From: an uncultured Eggerthellaceae bacterium
GTDB taxonomy: Bacteria > Actinomycetota > Coriobacteriia > Coriobacteriales > Eggerthellaceae
DNA length: 64,000 nucleotides
NCBI GenBank assembly: GCA_944320405.1
Contig: CALUHI010000031.1
Coordinates: forward strand, 2,031-66,030
Direction: 5' to 3'
Part shown: positions 30,081 to 38,775 of the stretch, in pieces
How positions within the stretch are numbered: the first letter of the stretch is position 1
Layout: each line of letters begins with the position of its first letter
The notes under the pieces: generated by a model
The model's database searches: none
What the model was told of the DNA's origin: nothing
What the model saw: only the letters and a program-made list of their open reading frames with translations
Position numbers and translations under genes: made by a program

Positions 30081-31904
30081 ATGGCTATAGCGCCGCCAAA
30101 ATCATATGACACCTCGCTCGGCGAGCTCCTCGAAGGGGTCGGCAAGGGGACGCATCAGCTCCCGGAGTTCCAGCGCAGTTGGACGTGGGATGACGGGCGC
30201 ATCAGGAATATCATCGCGAGCTTGACGCAGGGGTATCCGATGGGCGCGCTCATGAGGCTCGAGTGCGGAGGCGGCGAGGTGAGGCTGAAGTACCGTGCCT
30301 TCGAGGGAACGCATGGCATTTCCCGCGAGCCCGACTACCTCGTCCTCGACGGCCAGCAGCGGCTCACCTCGCTGTATTGCTCGCTTTTTGGGAAAGACCC
30401 CGTCTGCACCTCGAACGAGCGCGGCCAGAAGCTCAGCCGCTTCTACTACCTTGATATGCGCAAATGCCTCGATCCGGAAGAAGACCGCGAGGATGCGATT
30501 GTCTCCATATCGGATAAGCGCGTCGTCACCGAGGACATCGGCCGCAAGATCGTTCTCGACCTCACGAGCCGCGAGCGCGAGATCGAGGAGCTCATGTTTC
30601 CCGCCAACCTCGTGTTCGACGGCTCCGAGCGTTCGAAATGGTACAAGGAGTACCTCAAGCGCTATGGCATAGGGTCCGAGGAGGACGAGCTTTGGGACAG
30701 GTTCGAGGACGAGATCCTTGACACGATGACCGGGTACGTGATCCCGGTCATCACCCTGGACAAGACGACGCCCCGCGAAGCGGTCTGCAAGGTCTTCGAG
30801 AACGTCAACACGGGAGGCGTCTCTCTTACCGTGTTCGAGCTCGTGACGGCGGCCTTCGCCACCTATGATTTCGACCTGCGCGGCAACTGGAATAAGGTCG
30901 TGCGCCCGCGCATCTGCGCCGAAGACAAGGACATCAGAACGGACCTCATGCAGGGCGTCGACGAGACAACGTTTTTGACCTCCATGACGCTCTACACGAC
31001 GTATCTCGCGAAGCGCGCCGGCACCAAGGGCAGCACGAGCTGCAAGAAGAAGGACGTTCTGGCGCTGCGCTACGAGGACTACGTCGCCAACCTGGACGCG
31101 CTGTTGGACGGGTTCGACATGGCACGCGACCTGCTTATCGGCGAGTGCGTCTTCCGCATGCGAGACCTCCCGTATACCACGCAGCTCATCCCGCTCGCAT
31201 CTACCTGCGCATACATCGGACGCAAGACGTTCGAGCGGCAGCCGGTGAAGGCGATTCTCCGGCGGTGGCTGTGGTGCGGAATCTTCGGGGAGATGTACGG
31301 CGGCGCCAACGAGACGCGCTACGCCAACGACATCGAGGATCTGGTTGCGGAGATCGAGGGCAAGGAATCCGCGATGCGTACCGTGAACGCTGCCTACTTC
31401 CAGTCCACGCGCCTGCTGGGCCTTCAGACCAGAAACAGCGCCGCCTACAAGGGGGTCATGGCCCTCGTGTTCCGCGAGAACTGTCTCGATTTCGTTGACG
31501 GCGCGCCGATGACCATGGTGAAGTCGATGGAGACTCCGCCAGACATCCACCACATCTTCCCGCGTGCGTACTGCGAGAGGACGGGGCTCGAACGGACGAA
31601 GTGGAACTCCATCGTGAACAAGACCCCGCTCATCGCGCGCACGAACCGGGAGATCGGGGGCGTTGCGCCCTCGAAGTACCTCCCGAAGATCATGAAGGAT
31701 GAGCAGGTCGACGGTGATGAGCTCCGCAGGCGCGTGGAGTCTCACCTCGTGGACTACGAAGCGCTTGCTGCGGATGACTTCGATACGTTCTTCCTGCACC
31801 GAGCCAAGAAGCTGCTCGATGCGATCGAGGGCGCTATGGGCAAGGAGGTGCCCGACAGGGCGTCCGACGAAACGGTGGCAGCGTTCGGTCACGCCCTGAG
31901 CTGA
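30081..31904 (+). CDS. GmrSD-like type IV restriction enzyme (DUF262 N-terminal NTPase plus DUF1524-like His-Me nuclease)
   Basis: LPEFQRSWTWD and LDGQQRLTSL at the N-terminus. PPDIHHIFPRAY...NKTPLIARTN at the C-terminus. ATG 30081 lies behind AGGAG. Confidence 0.85.
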   Translation: MAIAPPKSYDTSLGELLEGVGKGTHQLPEFQRSWTWDDGRIRNIIASLTQGYPMGALMRLECGGGEVRLKYRAFEGTHGISREPDYLVLDGQQRLTSLYCSLFGKDPVCTSNERGQKLSRFYYLDMRKCLDPEEDREDAIVSISDKRVVTEDIGRKIVLDLTSREREIEELMFPANLVFDGSERSKWYKEYLKRYGIGSEEDELWDRFEDEILDTMTGYVIPVITLDKTTPREAVCKVFENVNTGGVSLTVFELVTAAFATYDFDLRGNWNKVVRPRICAEDKDIRTDLMQGVDETTFLTSMTLYTTYLAKRAGTKGSTSCKKKDVLALRYEDYVANLDALLDGFDMARDLLIGECVFRMRDLPYTTQLIPLASTCAYIGRKTFERQPVKAILRRWLWCGIFGEMYGGANETRYANDIEDLVAEIEGKESAMRTVNAAYFQSTRLLGLQTRNSAAYKGVMALVFRENCLDFVDGAPMTMVKSMETPPDIHHIFPRAYCERTGLERTKWNSIVNKTPLIARTNREIGGVAPSKYLPKIMKDEQVDGDELRRRVESHLVDYEALAADDFDTFFLHRAKKLLDAIEGAMGKEVPDRASDETVAAFGHALS

Positions 31905-31996
31905 CCGTTGCGCACGCCCCGCAGGAGCAGAAGGGCGATGCGCTGCGCGCCCTCGATGCCACAAGCCCATCTCGCTCGAATCAAGGAGACGCCGCT

Positions 31997-32341
31997 ATGG
32001 AGCTTCATGACGTTGCAAAGTACGCTCGCAAGCTGAGGCTTGCGATCGAGGAGCGTGGTGCCATCGCACTCGAGCGCGACGATTGGGCCGTGCGCTTCCG
32101 GGAGCTTGGCTTCGAGATGGATTGCGGTCACTCGTATGAGGAGCTTTATGGACTCGCCCTGTATGACGCACAGGGCCTCAGGCGCGAGCTTGAACGCATC
32201 GACGATGTGCAGACGCTCGGCAATGCGGTTTTCTCGCAGTGCAGGTACATTACGCACTGGTCGATGGGGCCTTGCGAACGAGAGCTCGACTGGCTGGAAA
32301 TCGCGCTTGGACGTCTCGAGGAGCTTACCCGCGCTGTATAG
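31997..32341 (+). CDS. Hypothetical protein (114 aa) between the GmrSD-like and OLD-family genes
   Basis: ORF with RBS AAGGAGA and no recognisable motif. Confidence 0.5.
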   Translation: MELHDVAKYARKLRLAIEERGAIALERDDWAVRFRELGFEMDCGHSYEELYGLALYDAQGLRRELERIDDVQTLGNAVFSQCRYITHWSMGPCERELDWLEIALGRLEELTRAV

Positions 32342-32497
32342 TCGTCGATCGGCTCGCGGAGCGGTATCGGTACCAGGCTGTCTCGTGTTTGCGCACCACT
32401 CATCGAGTGGCGATAGGCCGCTTTGGTAAAATCGGAGAAGCCACCAAGACTGGCATTTAGCTGGAGATCGTTCGTCTATTCCAGGGGGCCTACCTCG

Positions 32498-34144
32498 ATG
32501 ATTCGTGAGCTTCGCGTTAGCGGTTTCCGCATCCTCAAAGACTTCGTCTGGGAGCCGAAGGAGGGGCTCAACATCCTTGTCGGCGCGAACTCTGCCGGCA
32601 AGTCGACCGTTCTGGATGCCATCGAGCTCGTCACGCGCGGGAGCATCCGCGGCCAGGGCGCTCGTCGCTCCCTGTCGCCCGACTGGTTCAACAAGGACAT
32701 CGTCGACGCCTTCTTCCAGGAGCTCGGCGGTCCTTTGGAAGGTATGAACGTCCCCGAGATCAAGATCGTCGCAGTGTTCTCCGAGGATTGGCGCCTAGCA
32801 AGGATCACCGGAGCCAACGACCCTGACAAGAAGTTCAAGGACGCGCCCGGCATCTATATCACCTATTCCGTTTCCCCGAACCTGCTTCCCCAGTTTCTCG
32901 AAGAGTGCCGGAGCATCGAGGAGGCCGGCGGACCGTTCGTTCTCCCGACGGACTATTACGATTGCTCCTGGCACATCTTCCAGGGCGATCCGATAGTCAG
33001 GCGACCCAACGGGGTCAGCTGCACGCGCATCGATACTATGCCTGAGCCCCGTTCTAGGGCTGTGGACGCCTACACGAAGAGCTATGTGGGCGAAGAGCTC
33101 GATGACGATAAGAAGTTTGAGGTTGCCAGCCGGTTCAGGCAGGTTTACGCGCAGGTCGACAGGGATATCCTTGCGGGAATTACTGTCAACTGCTCAGGGA
33201 GAGGCGATCTCGGTCTCCAGATTGACAGGTCGCCCCGCACGGACTGGACTAACTCGATCGTCCTCCACAGGGACGGACTGCCACTCTACGCGCTCGGCAG
33301 CGCAGAGCAGACGCTCACGAAGTGTGCCGTGTCGCTTGAGAACGCTGATAGCGAGTCGATCCTTCTGCTCGAAGAGCCGGAGTGCCACCTCTCCTACTCG
33401 TGGCTCAACGACCTCGTCGGGGTAATCGCTGATGCCGCCAGCGAGGATAGGCAAATCTTCGTCACCACGCACAGCCCCTTCGTTCTCAACAGGCTTGGAC
33501 TGGACAGCCTCTCCGTGATGGCAGAAGGAAACAGCCCGAGAAGGATATCCGACCTGAGCGATGACACCGTTCGTTACTTCAAGCGCCTAAGCGGATACGA
33601 CACGCTTCGAATTGCGCTGGCGGACAGGGCCGTACTTGTCGAGGGACCCACCGACGAGCTGGTCTTTGACTGGGCGTTCCGAAAGGCGCGCGGCAAGCTG
33701 CCACATGAGAAGGGCATCGACGTCATCGAATGCGGGACGTCACACAAGCGCCTCCTGGAGCTGGCTGCCGCCCTAGAGAAGAGCGGGATAGCGGCGCTTC
33801 GAGATAACGATGGCGACGACCCCGACTACTGGGCTGGACTTGCCGAGTCCCATCTCTCGAAAGATAGGGCGTTCTTCTGCGGCACGCCTGAGGAGGGAAA
33901 GACGATTGAGCCCCAGATGGTCGAGGCGAACAGGGACAAGCTCAAAACGCTCGCCTCAATCGTGAGGAAGCGCGGCAACTCCACAGACAAGCTCGAGGAG
34001 TTCATGACGAACAACAAGACGGAGTGGGCTCTCAGGCTGCTGGAAGCCGACATGAGTGAATCCGAAGTTTTGGATATACCTTCGTACATCCTGAACGCCA
34101 TCAACTTCATAGACCCCGCTCCGGAAAGCGCCGAGAATGAATGA
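32498..34144 (+). CDS. OLD-family ATPase/TOPRIM endonuclease (GajA-like)
   Basis: Walker A LVGANSAGKST and Walker B ILLLEEPECHL. C-terminal TOPRIM VLVEGPTDE...LRDNDGDDP. Start moved to ATG 32498. Confidence 0.85.
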   Translation: MIRELRVSGFRILKDFVWEPKEGLNILVGANSAGKSTVLDAIELVTRGSIRGQGARRSLSPDWFNKDIVDAFFQELGGPLEGMNVPEIKIVAVFSEDWRLARITGANDPDKKFKDAPGIYITYSVSPNLLPQFLEECRSIEEAGGPFVLPTDYYDCSWHIFQGDPIVRRPNGVSCTRIDTMPEPRSRAVDAYTKSYVGEELDDDKKFEVASRFRQVYAQVDRDILAGITVNCSGRGDLGLQIDRSPRTDWTNSIVLHRDGLPLYALGSAEQTLTKCAVSLENADSESILLLEEPECHLSYSWLNDLVGVIADAASEDRQIFVTTHSPFVLNRLGLDSLSVMAEGNSPRRISDLSDDTVRYFKRLSGYDTLRIALADRAVLVEGPTDELVFDWAFRKARGKLPHEKGIDVIECGTSHKRLLELAAALEKSGIAALRDNDGDDPDYWAGLAESHLSKDRAFFCGTPEEGKTIEPQMVEANRDKLKTLASIVRKRGNSTDKLEEFMTNNKTEWALRLLEADMSESEVLDIPSYILNAINFIDPAPESAENE

Positions 34145-35249
34145 CGCCGTCGTCGCCGTTGCAGGCTGGGGCAAGACTGAGGAGCTTGCGAACGCGGTGG
34201 CGCGAGAGCCGAACCCTGAACGAGTCCTCGTGCTCACCTACACGGAAACCAACCAGCGCGAGGATACCCTGAGGATCTTTCAGAAGACGGCTGGGACAAA
34301 ACGCCATGCGTCGGTGATGGGATGGAAGGCGTTCCAACTGCGCGACATCGTTCGGCCGTACCTACCTCTGCTATATCCAGGCATCCGCCTCAGGGGCCTC
34401 TCGAATCGCGATGTGGACCTGGACCAGCGCCCGGGCGGCGCGGCCAGATATCTGACGAGGGACGGGGACGCCTATCCCAGCCTGCTCGGCAAGCTTACTC
34501 TCGATGCGATTGACAGCAGCAAGGGTGCCGCGATCAGAAGGCTTGAGCGCCTGTACGACTCGATCTACATCGACGAGGCGCAGGATCTCAGGGGCAACGA
34601 CCTGTGCGTTCTCGAAAGGCTCCTCAAGTCGAGCATCGACGTCCACATATTCCTTGACCCCCGACAGTCGACGCTGAGCACGGCGGAGAAGGACCGGAAG
34701 TACAAGAAGAACTACCCGAACGCAGAGGTGATTAAGCTCTATCGGGAATGGGAGGGGAAGGGCCTTCTCGACATCAGATACGAGAACGAGACGCATAGGA
34801 GCATCGCGCCAATCGCCGCGCTCTCCGACATCATAGTTGGCGACGAGCTTGGGTTCGGTCCCACCGTGAGCATTGTCGAGCCGCGCGGTCGGCACGATGG
34901 GATATACATCATTGCCAAGTCAGACCTGAATCGTTACGTGAACGAGTACGGAGCGACTCTCCTTGCTCTGCAAAAGAGCGAGAAGTACGGGATCAGCGAC
35001 TCGATGAACTTCCGTAAGTCGAAGGGCATGACCCGTGACGACGTTGTTATCGTCACTACTGGCCCCATCGAGAAGTTCCTTACAACAGGGGCGGCGCTCA
35101 AGCCGGTAAGCGTCTGCAGTTTCTACGTTGCCGTAACGCGAGCAAGGTATAGCGTTGCTCTGGCAGTCGAGAATCCAGAGAGGGTATTCCGCTCGATTGC
35201 TGACACTAGCTCCATATGGGGCAATCTATCGATTCAATTATTATATTAG
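34137..35249 (+). CDS. Compact UvrD-like SF1 helicase (GajB-like, only 370 aa)
   Basis: P-loop AVAGWGKT, motif II YIDEAQD and motif VI VAVTRARYSV. An 8-nt overlap (ATGAATGA) with the OLD gene. Confidence 0.75.
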   Translation: MNDAVVAVAGWGKTEELANAVAREPNPERVLVLTYTETNQREDTLRIFQKTAGTKRHASVMGWKAFQLRDIVRPYLPLLYPGIRLRGLSNRDVDLDQRPGGAARYLTRDGDAYPSLLGKLTLDAIDSSKGAAIRRLERLYDSIYIDEAQDLRGNDLCVLERLLKSSIDVHIFLDPRQSTLSTAEKDRKYKKNYPNAEVIKLYREWEGKGLLDIRYENETHRSIAPIAALSDIIVGDELGFGPTVSIVEPRGRHDGIYIIAKSDLNRYVNEYGATLLALQKSEKYGISDSMNFRKSKGMTRDDVVIVTTGPIEKFLTTGAALKPVSVCSFYVAVTRARYSVALAVENPERVFRSIADTSSIWGNLSIQLLY

Positions 35250-35404
35250 CCCCCGCGTAGCTGTTTGCCTATGAGCTCCGTGGTGAAGTATCACTCAGGC
35301 TTGTCCATGCGATTCAAATTGCCGGATGTCCTCCGTGATCATATTTACTATTTGAAGCAAGATTGGCTTATGGGGCTATTTCTTGGCGGAGAGATCAGTA
35401 ATGT

Positions 35405-35427
35405 CCGCCTCGGTGGCGGTGAGGCGG
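35405..35427. terminator. Weak bidirectional stem-loop between convergent genes
   Basis: ccgcctc-ggtggcggt-gaggcgg, in an AT-rich gap. Confidence 0.3.
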
Positions 35428-35492
35428 TCCTTGACCGGAATATTATAGCTACGATTATTATTCAGTTCGGCACTTGTCGCGCCCGGTGCCCG

Positions 35493-36161
35493 CTACCTCT
35501 CCAGCAAATCCTCCATCCCGCATCCCAACACCCGCGATAGCCGGTAGAGCGTCGACGCCTGCGCGTGGTTGATGTCCTTGTTGCGCTGCTCGTACATCTG
35601 GATTGCCCGAAGGCCGACGTTCGCGCGGTGGGCGAGTTCCGACTGGGACAGGCCGAACGCTTCGCGCATCGAGCGCAGACGGGTCGGGCGATTCGCGTTG
35701 AGCGCATCTAGCTTTTGCTGCAGCACCTCGATGAATTTGGACTCGTCTGCTTCGTGCAGCGGGTGATACATTTCCCTCAAATCCTTGTAGGAGAAGCTGT
35801 CGAATGCAGCTCGATAAGGACGACCGGTTTTCAGTTGGAACCATGCCACCGACCATCCCGCCCAGTAGTCTGGCGAGCGATCGTACCTTGAGGCGGGGAA
35901 CTCCGGAAACGGCACCCGCATGTATGTCGCCAACAGGCTTGCCAGCTCGAAGCCGGACTTCCCGGCAACGTAGACGGGGTTCTGCCGCTCAAACTGCTCT
36001 GCGAGCCCCGACGCTATGAACGCTCGAGCGACCTGCTGGCCGTCGAGCCCTCCATCGTTTATGCAGTAATCGAACGTCTCGGCAAGGTTGGTGGCGATGT
36101 CGTCGTCGTAGAGGCCGTCGTTCGGGCGGATCGCTGCAGGCTTGTAGGGAGTTGCTGGCAT
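35493..36161 (-). CDS. XRE-family HTH protein with a ~150-aa unrecognised N-terminal domain
   Basis: C-terminal LSQSELAHRANVGLRAIQMYEQRNKDINHAQASTLYRLSRVL. Start moved to ATG 36161, behind AGGAGTGG. Confidence 0.75.
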   Translation of the reverse strand: MPATPYKPAAIRPNDGLYDDDIATNLAETFDYCINDGGLDGQQVARAFIASGLAEQFERQNPVYVAGKSGFELASLLATYMRVPFPEFPASRYDRSPDYWAGWSVAWFQLKTGRPYRAAFDSFSYKDLREMYHPLHEADESKFIEVLQQKLDALNANRPTRLRSMREAFGLSQSELAHRANVGLRAIQMYEQRNKDINHAQASTLYRLSRVLGCGMEDLLER

Positions 36162-36254
36162 GATGCCACTCCTATTGTGAAAAGCGAACTGATGTACGTA
36201 TAATACATCAAGGTGCTTCGTCGCGCCGGGCAGCTCCGAAAGGAGGTGCTTCCG

Positions 36255-36338
36255 ATGGATCATCAGACGATTCTTGCGCTTTGCGCGATCTTCTCCGTGG
36301 TTCTCGGCATGATAGGCATCAGCCAGCGTCGCCGCTAG
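36255..36338 (+). CDS. Unannotated 27-aa hydrophobic peptide with a basic C-terminus (MDHQTILALCAIFSVVLGMIGISQRRR)
   Basis: Strong RBS AAAGGAGGTG lies 6 nt upstream. Candidate promoter: TTGTGA (36175), 18-nt spacer, TATAAT (36199). It is too short for the ORF track. Confidence 0.35.
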   Translation: MDHQTILALCAIFSVVLGMIGISQRRR

Positions 36339-36541
36339 GCACGCAGAGTGGTTGGTGTCCAAGGAGGTGATGACGAACAGTTGATTTCTGGAAGAGAGAA
36401 GCCGGGCCTCCACCCAAGAGCGACCCGGCTTTAACCCAAGAAAGATGCTGCCCGGTTGCGCGGGGCACCTTTCGATTGCGATTGTAGCAGGTTGGTTGTT
36501 GGGCAGCAACGGGACAAGCTGCCCCCTCGCTGATTCCGTGG

Positions 36542-36961
36542 TTATTGGCGCTTGCCGACCGTTGTTTGCTCTATTCGGCAGATGCTCCGAGCCATCGCGA
36601 GCGCCTCGAAGTGTTCGCAGGTGAGGGCTTCGCTCGACTGGGCAACTGCTTCGCGCGCAACCTCCAGGAACGACGCCGCGTCCCGCTCAAAGCATTCCCT
36701 TGCAAATTCCCCGGTTCCGCTGGCGACCAGTTCTCCGTTGGCGTAGAACTTCCAATAACTCGGATCGCGCTCGTCGCCTTCCGTTTGCAGCTGCAGGATG
36801 CGTGGCGCTCCTTCGTCTGCAAGCTGCTTCTCAAGCAGCTCCACGCTGTAGCGCATCTGGTGGCCCAGGTTCGCTTTCGTCATGGCAGGGACGTAGCCAC
36901 GGGGCTCGTCGATGAGCTTGAGCGGACGAGGGGTTGCCTGCAAGTTGAGATAGCTGTTCAT
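36542..36961 (-). CDS. Hypothetical protein (139 aa)
   Basis: ORF with RBS GAAAGGAGAG and no recognisable domain. Confidence 0.5.
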   Translation of the reverse strand: MNSYLNLQATPRPLKLIDEPRGYVPAMTKANLGHQMRYSVELLEKQLADEGAPRILQLQTEGDERDPSYWKFYANGELVASGTGEFARECFERDAASFLEVAREAVAQSSEALTCEHFEALAMARSICRIEQTTVGKRQ

Positions 36962-37169
36962 GGAGTCTCTCCTTTCATCGATGTTGGCAGGACCACCGTG
37001 CCGCCTTGTGCGGTCGGTTGGTGCCGGGGTCGTGGAGCCAACTCTCTAACCCGGCTCTGGATAAAACGGGCAGCTCGAACGGTGCGTGGGTAGTGTAGCA
37101 CAGATTATTCGCATATGGAGATAAAACTTGCGTGGTGCCAAAGGCACCATGGGCTCGTTTTGCCCGTGC

Positions 37170-37784
37170 CTATGCTTCCGCTTCCGAAGCCAACCTGATG
37201 TTGGCCCGATTCGCCAATTGTGCGAAATCCGGGCCCAGCCAGATGCTCGACTCGCCTGGACCCAGCACCAACGGCATGCGGTTGTGGACGGGCGAAACGC
37301 TGGCGTTCGGCTGTGTGGTGACGATAGAGAAGTGCCCATCGGCTTGAACACCTGCCAGCAAAAACGCCCGCGCGCCAGGCAGACGGAAGCGGTACTGGCG
37401 GCGGACGGGCTTGCCTGTCGTCTTGCTGGAAATGCGCTCCGTCGCATGGCTTTCGTAGAAAGCGCGGACCGGCACCAGGCAGCGGCCGCTCGTGATGGCT
37501 TCCGCCCACATGCCCTCGCCTCGGTGGAACTGTTCCAAGGCGGATTCGATGCGCGTGTTGAACACGGCGTTGGCCTTGCCGTCAAGTGGGAAGCCCCACA
37601 CAAGCTGCGCGACCGCCAGCCCGTCGCCATCGGGCACGTAAACGGGCACCGCAGCGCCAGGGTACGCGTCGAAGGTTGGGTCAGGGTTCTCGATGAAGGG
37701 GAGGGCATGCTCACCCGTGCGGCCACGAGCGTCGAGCACCACCTGCGCCTCTTCCGCCGTAAGCGGACTGAACCTCACGCACAT
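37170..37784 (-). CDS. SOS-response-associated peptidase (SRAP/YedK-like abasic-site crosslinking protein)
   Basis: N-terminal MCVRF (Cys2 after Met), NTRIES and VHNRMPLVL. ATG 37784 lies behind AAAGGAGGG. Confidence 0.85.
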   Translation of the reverse strand: MCVRFSPLTAEEAQVVLDARGRTGEHALPFIENPDPTFDAYPGAAVPVYVPDGDGLAVAQLVWGFPLDGKANAVFNTRIESALEQFHRGEGMWAEAITSGRCLVPVRAFYESHATERISSKTTGKPVRRQYRFRLPGARAFLLAGVQADGHFSIVTTQPNASVSPVHNRMPLVLGPGESSIWLGPDFAQLANRANIRLASEAEA

Positions 37785-37972
37785 GGCGTGCCCTCCTTTC
37801 GTTTCGTCGGTTTCATTATCGCAGCAATAGCAATATGCACGATATGCAAAATCGCAGTTCCTGCGGGCGGTGAAGGCGTCCGTTGTCGGTTTCGCTACGT
37901 TCTGGAACGTGGCAGCCCGCATGGGGTATCCTCATCCCACCGCATCCGCATCGCATCTGGAAAGGAGAACCC

Positions 37973-38716
37973 GTGATCTACCTGTTCGGCGATACGCATG
38001 GCACGTTGGAGATCAACCGGCTTTCCAATGCGAACCTGAAGCGCCTGGATGTCTGTCCGCTGCCGGGGGAGGGCGACTTCGTCATCATCGCCGGCGATTT
38101 CGGGCTCATCTGGCGCGATGCGCCGGACAACGAGGAGCGCTTCTGGATGAAGTGGCTCGACGACAAGCCTTACGAGACGCTGTTCGTCGACGGCAACCAC
38201 GAGAACTTCCCGCGCATTGCCTTGTATCCCGAAGAGGATTGGCATGGCGGCCGCGTGCACCGCATCAGCGCGAAAGTGCGCCACCTGATGCGCGGCCAGG
38301 TGTACGACATCGATGGGTTGTCGGTTCTGGCGTTTGGCGGCGCAACTTCGCACGACAGGCAGTTTCGGCAAGAGGGCTTGTCGTGGTGGCCGGAGGAGCT
38401 TCCCTCGGAAGATGATTTCGCCTGCGCGGAGCAGTCGCTGTCGCGCCGCGGCTGGGAGGTCGATCTGGTGGTTTCGCACTGCGCGCCCACGCTGGTGCAA
38501 GGCAGGCTCGACCCAACGTTTCTGCCCGACCGCGCAACGGAGTGGCTCGAGCTGCTGCGCGACCGGCTGTCGTTCCGTGCGTGGTTCTTCGGCCACTACC
38601 ACCTGGATCGCGCATTCTACGACGGCTTCTACGCCCTCTATGACAACGTCGCCGCCGTGGACGCCCAAGGCGTGCACCTGTTCAGCGAAGACGGCGCCAA
38701 GCGGTTCGATTTCTAG
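37973..38716 (+). CDS. Calcineurin-like metallophosphoesterase
   Basis: GDTHG, AGDFG and DGNHEN motifs. GTG 37973 lies behind AAAGGAG. Confidence 0.8.
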   Translation: MIYLFGDTHGTLEINRLSNANLKRLDVCPLPGEGDFVIIAGDFGLIWRDAPDNEERFWMKWLDDKPYETLFVDGNHENFPRIALYPEEDWHGGRVHRISAKVRHLMRGQVYDIDGLSVLAFGGATSHDRQFRQEGLSWWPEELPSEDDFACAEQSLSRRGWEVDLVVSHCAPTLVQGRLDPTFLPDRATEWLELLRDRLSFRAWFFGHYHLDRAFYDGFYALYDNVAAVDAQGVHLFSEDGAKRFDF

Positions 38717-38775
38717 AAGGGCAAAGCCGCCTACGCCGTCACCATTGCCAGTGCGGCCGAGTGCTGCTCCAGTTT

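Noticed and set aside
30102-31970. A 622-aa ORF on the minus strand, exactly mirroring the GmrSD-like gene. Similar long mirror ORFs occur at 1671-2558, 2592-3713, 3804-5201, 10869-12320, 12887-14329, 14528-15790, 23843-25105, 25359-26492 and 26464-28125.
   Set aside because: These are typical high-GC antisense shadow ORFs. They are Arg/Ala/Gly/His-rich with no recognisable motifs, while the opposite strand carries clear conserved-domain proteins with RBSs.
35265-35540. A 91-aa plus-strand ORF in the AT-rich gap after the helicase gene
   Set aside because: It has a TTG start with no RBS, runs into the 3' end of the XRE gene on the other strand, and has no motifs.
37834-37843. tatgcacgat in the SRAP/phosphoesterase promoter region matches the inverted-repeat decamer of the 19-kb modules
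   Set aside because: A 10-mer match is expected many times by chance, and there is no flanking similarity.
29700-38716. Calling the defence island an integrated prophage or ICE
   Set aside because: I found no integrase/recombinase, no tRNA target, no flanking direct repeats and no structural or conjugation genes. Only compositional dips mark the edges.
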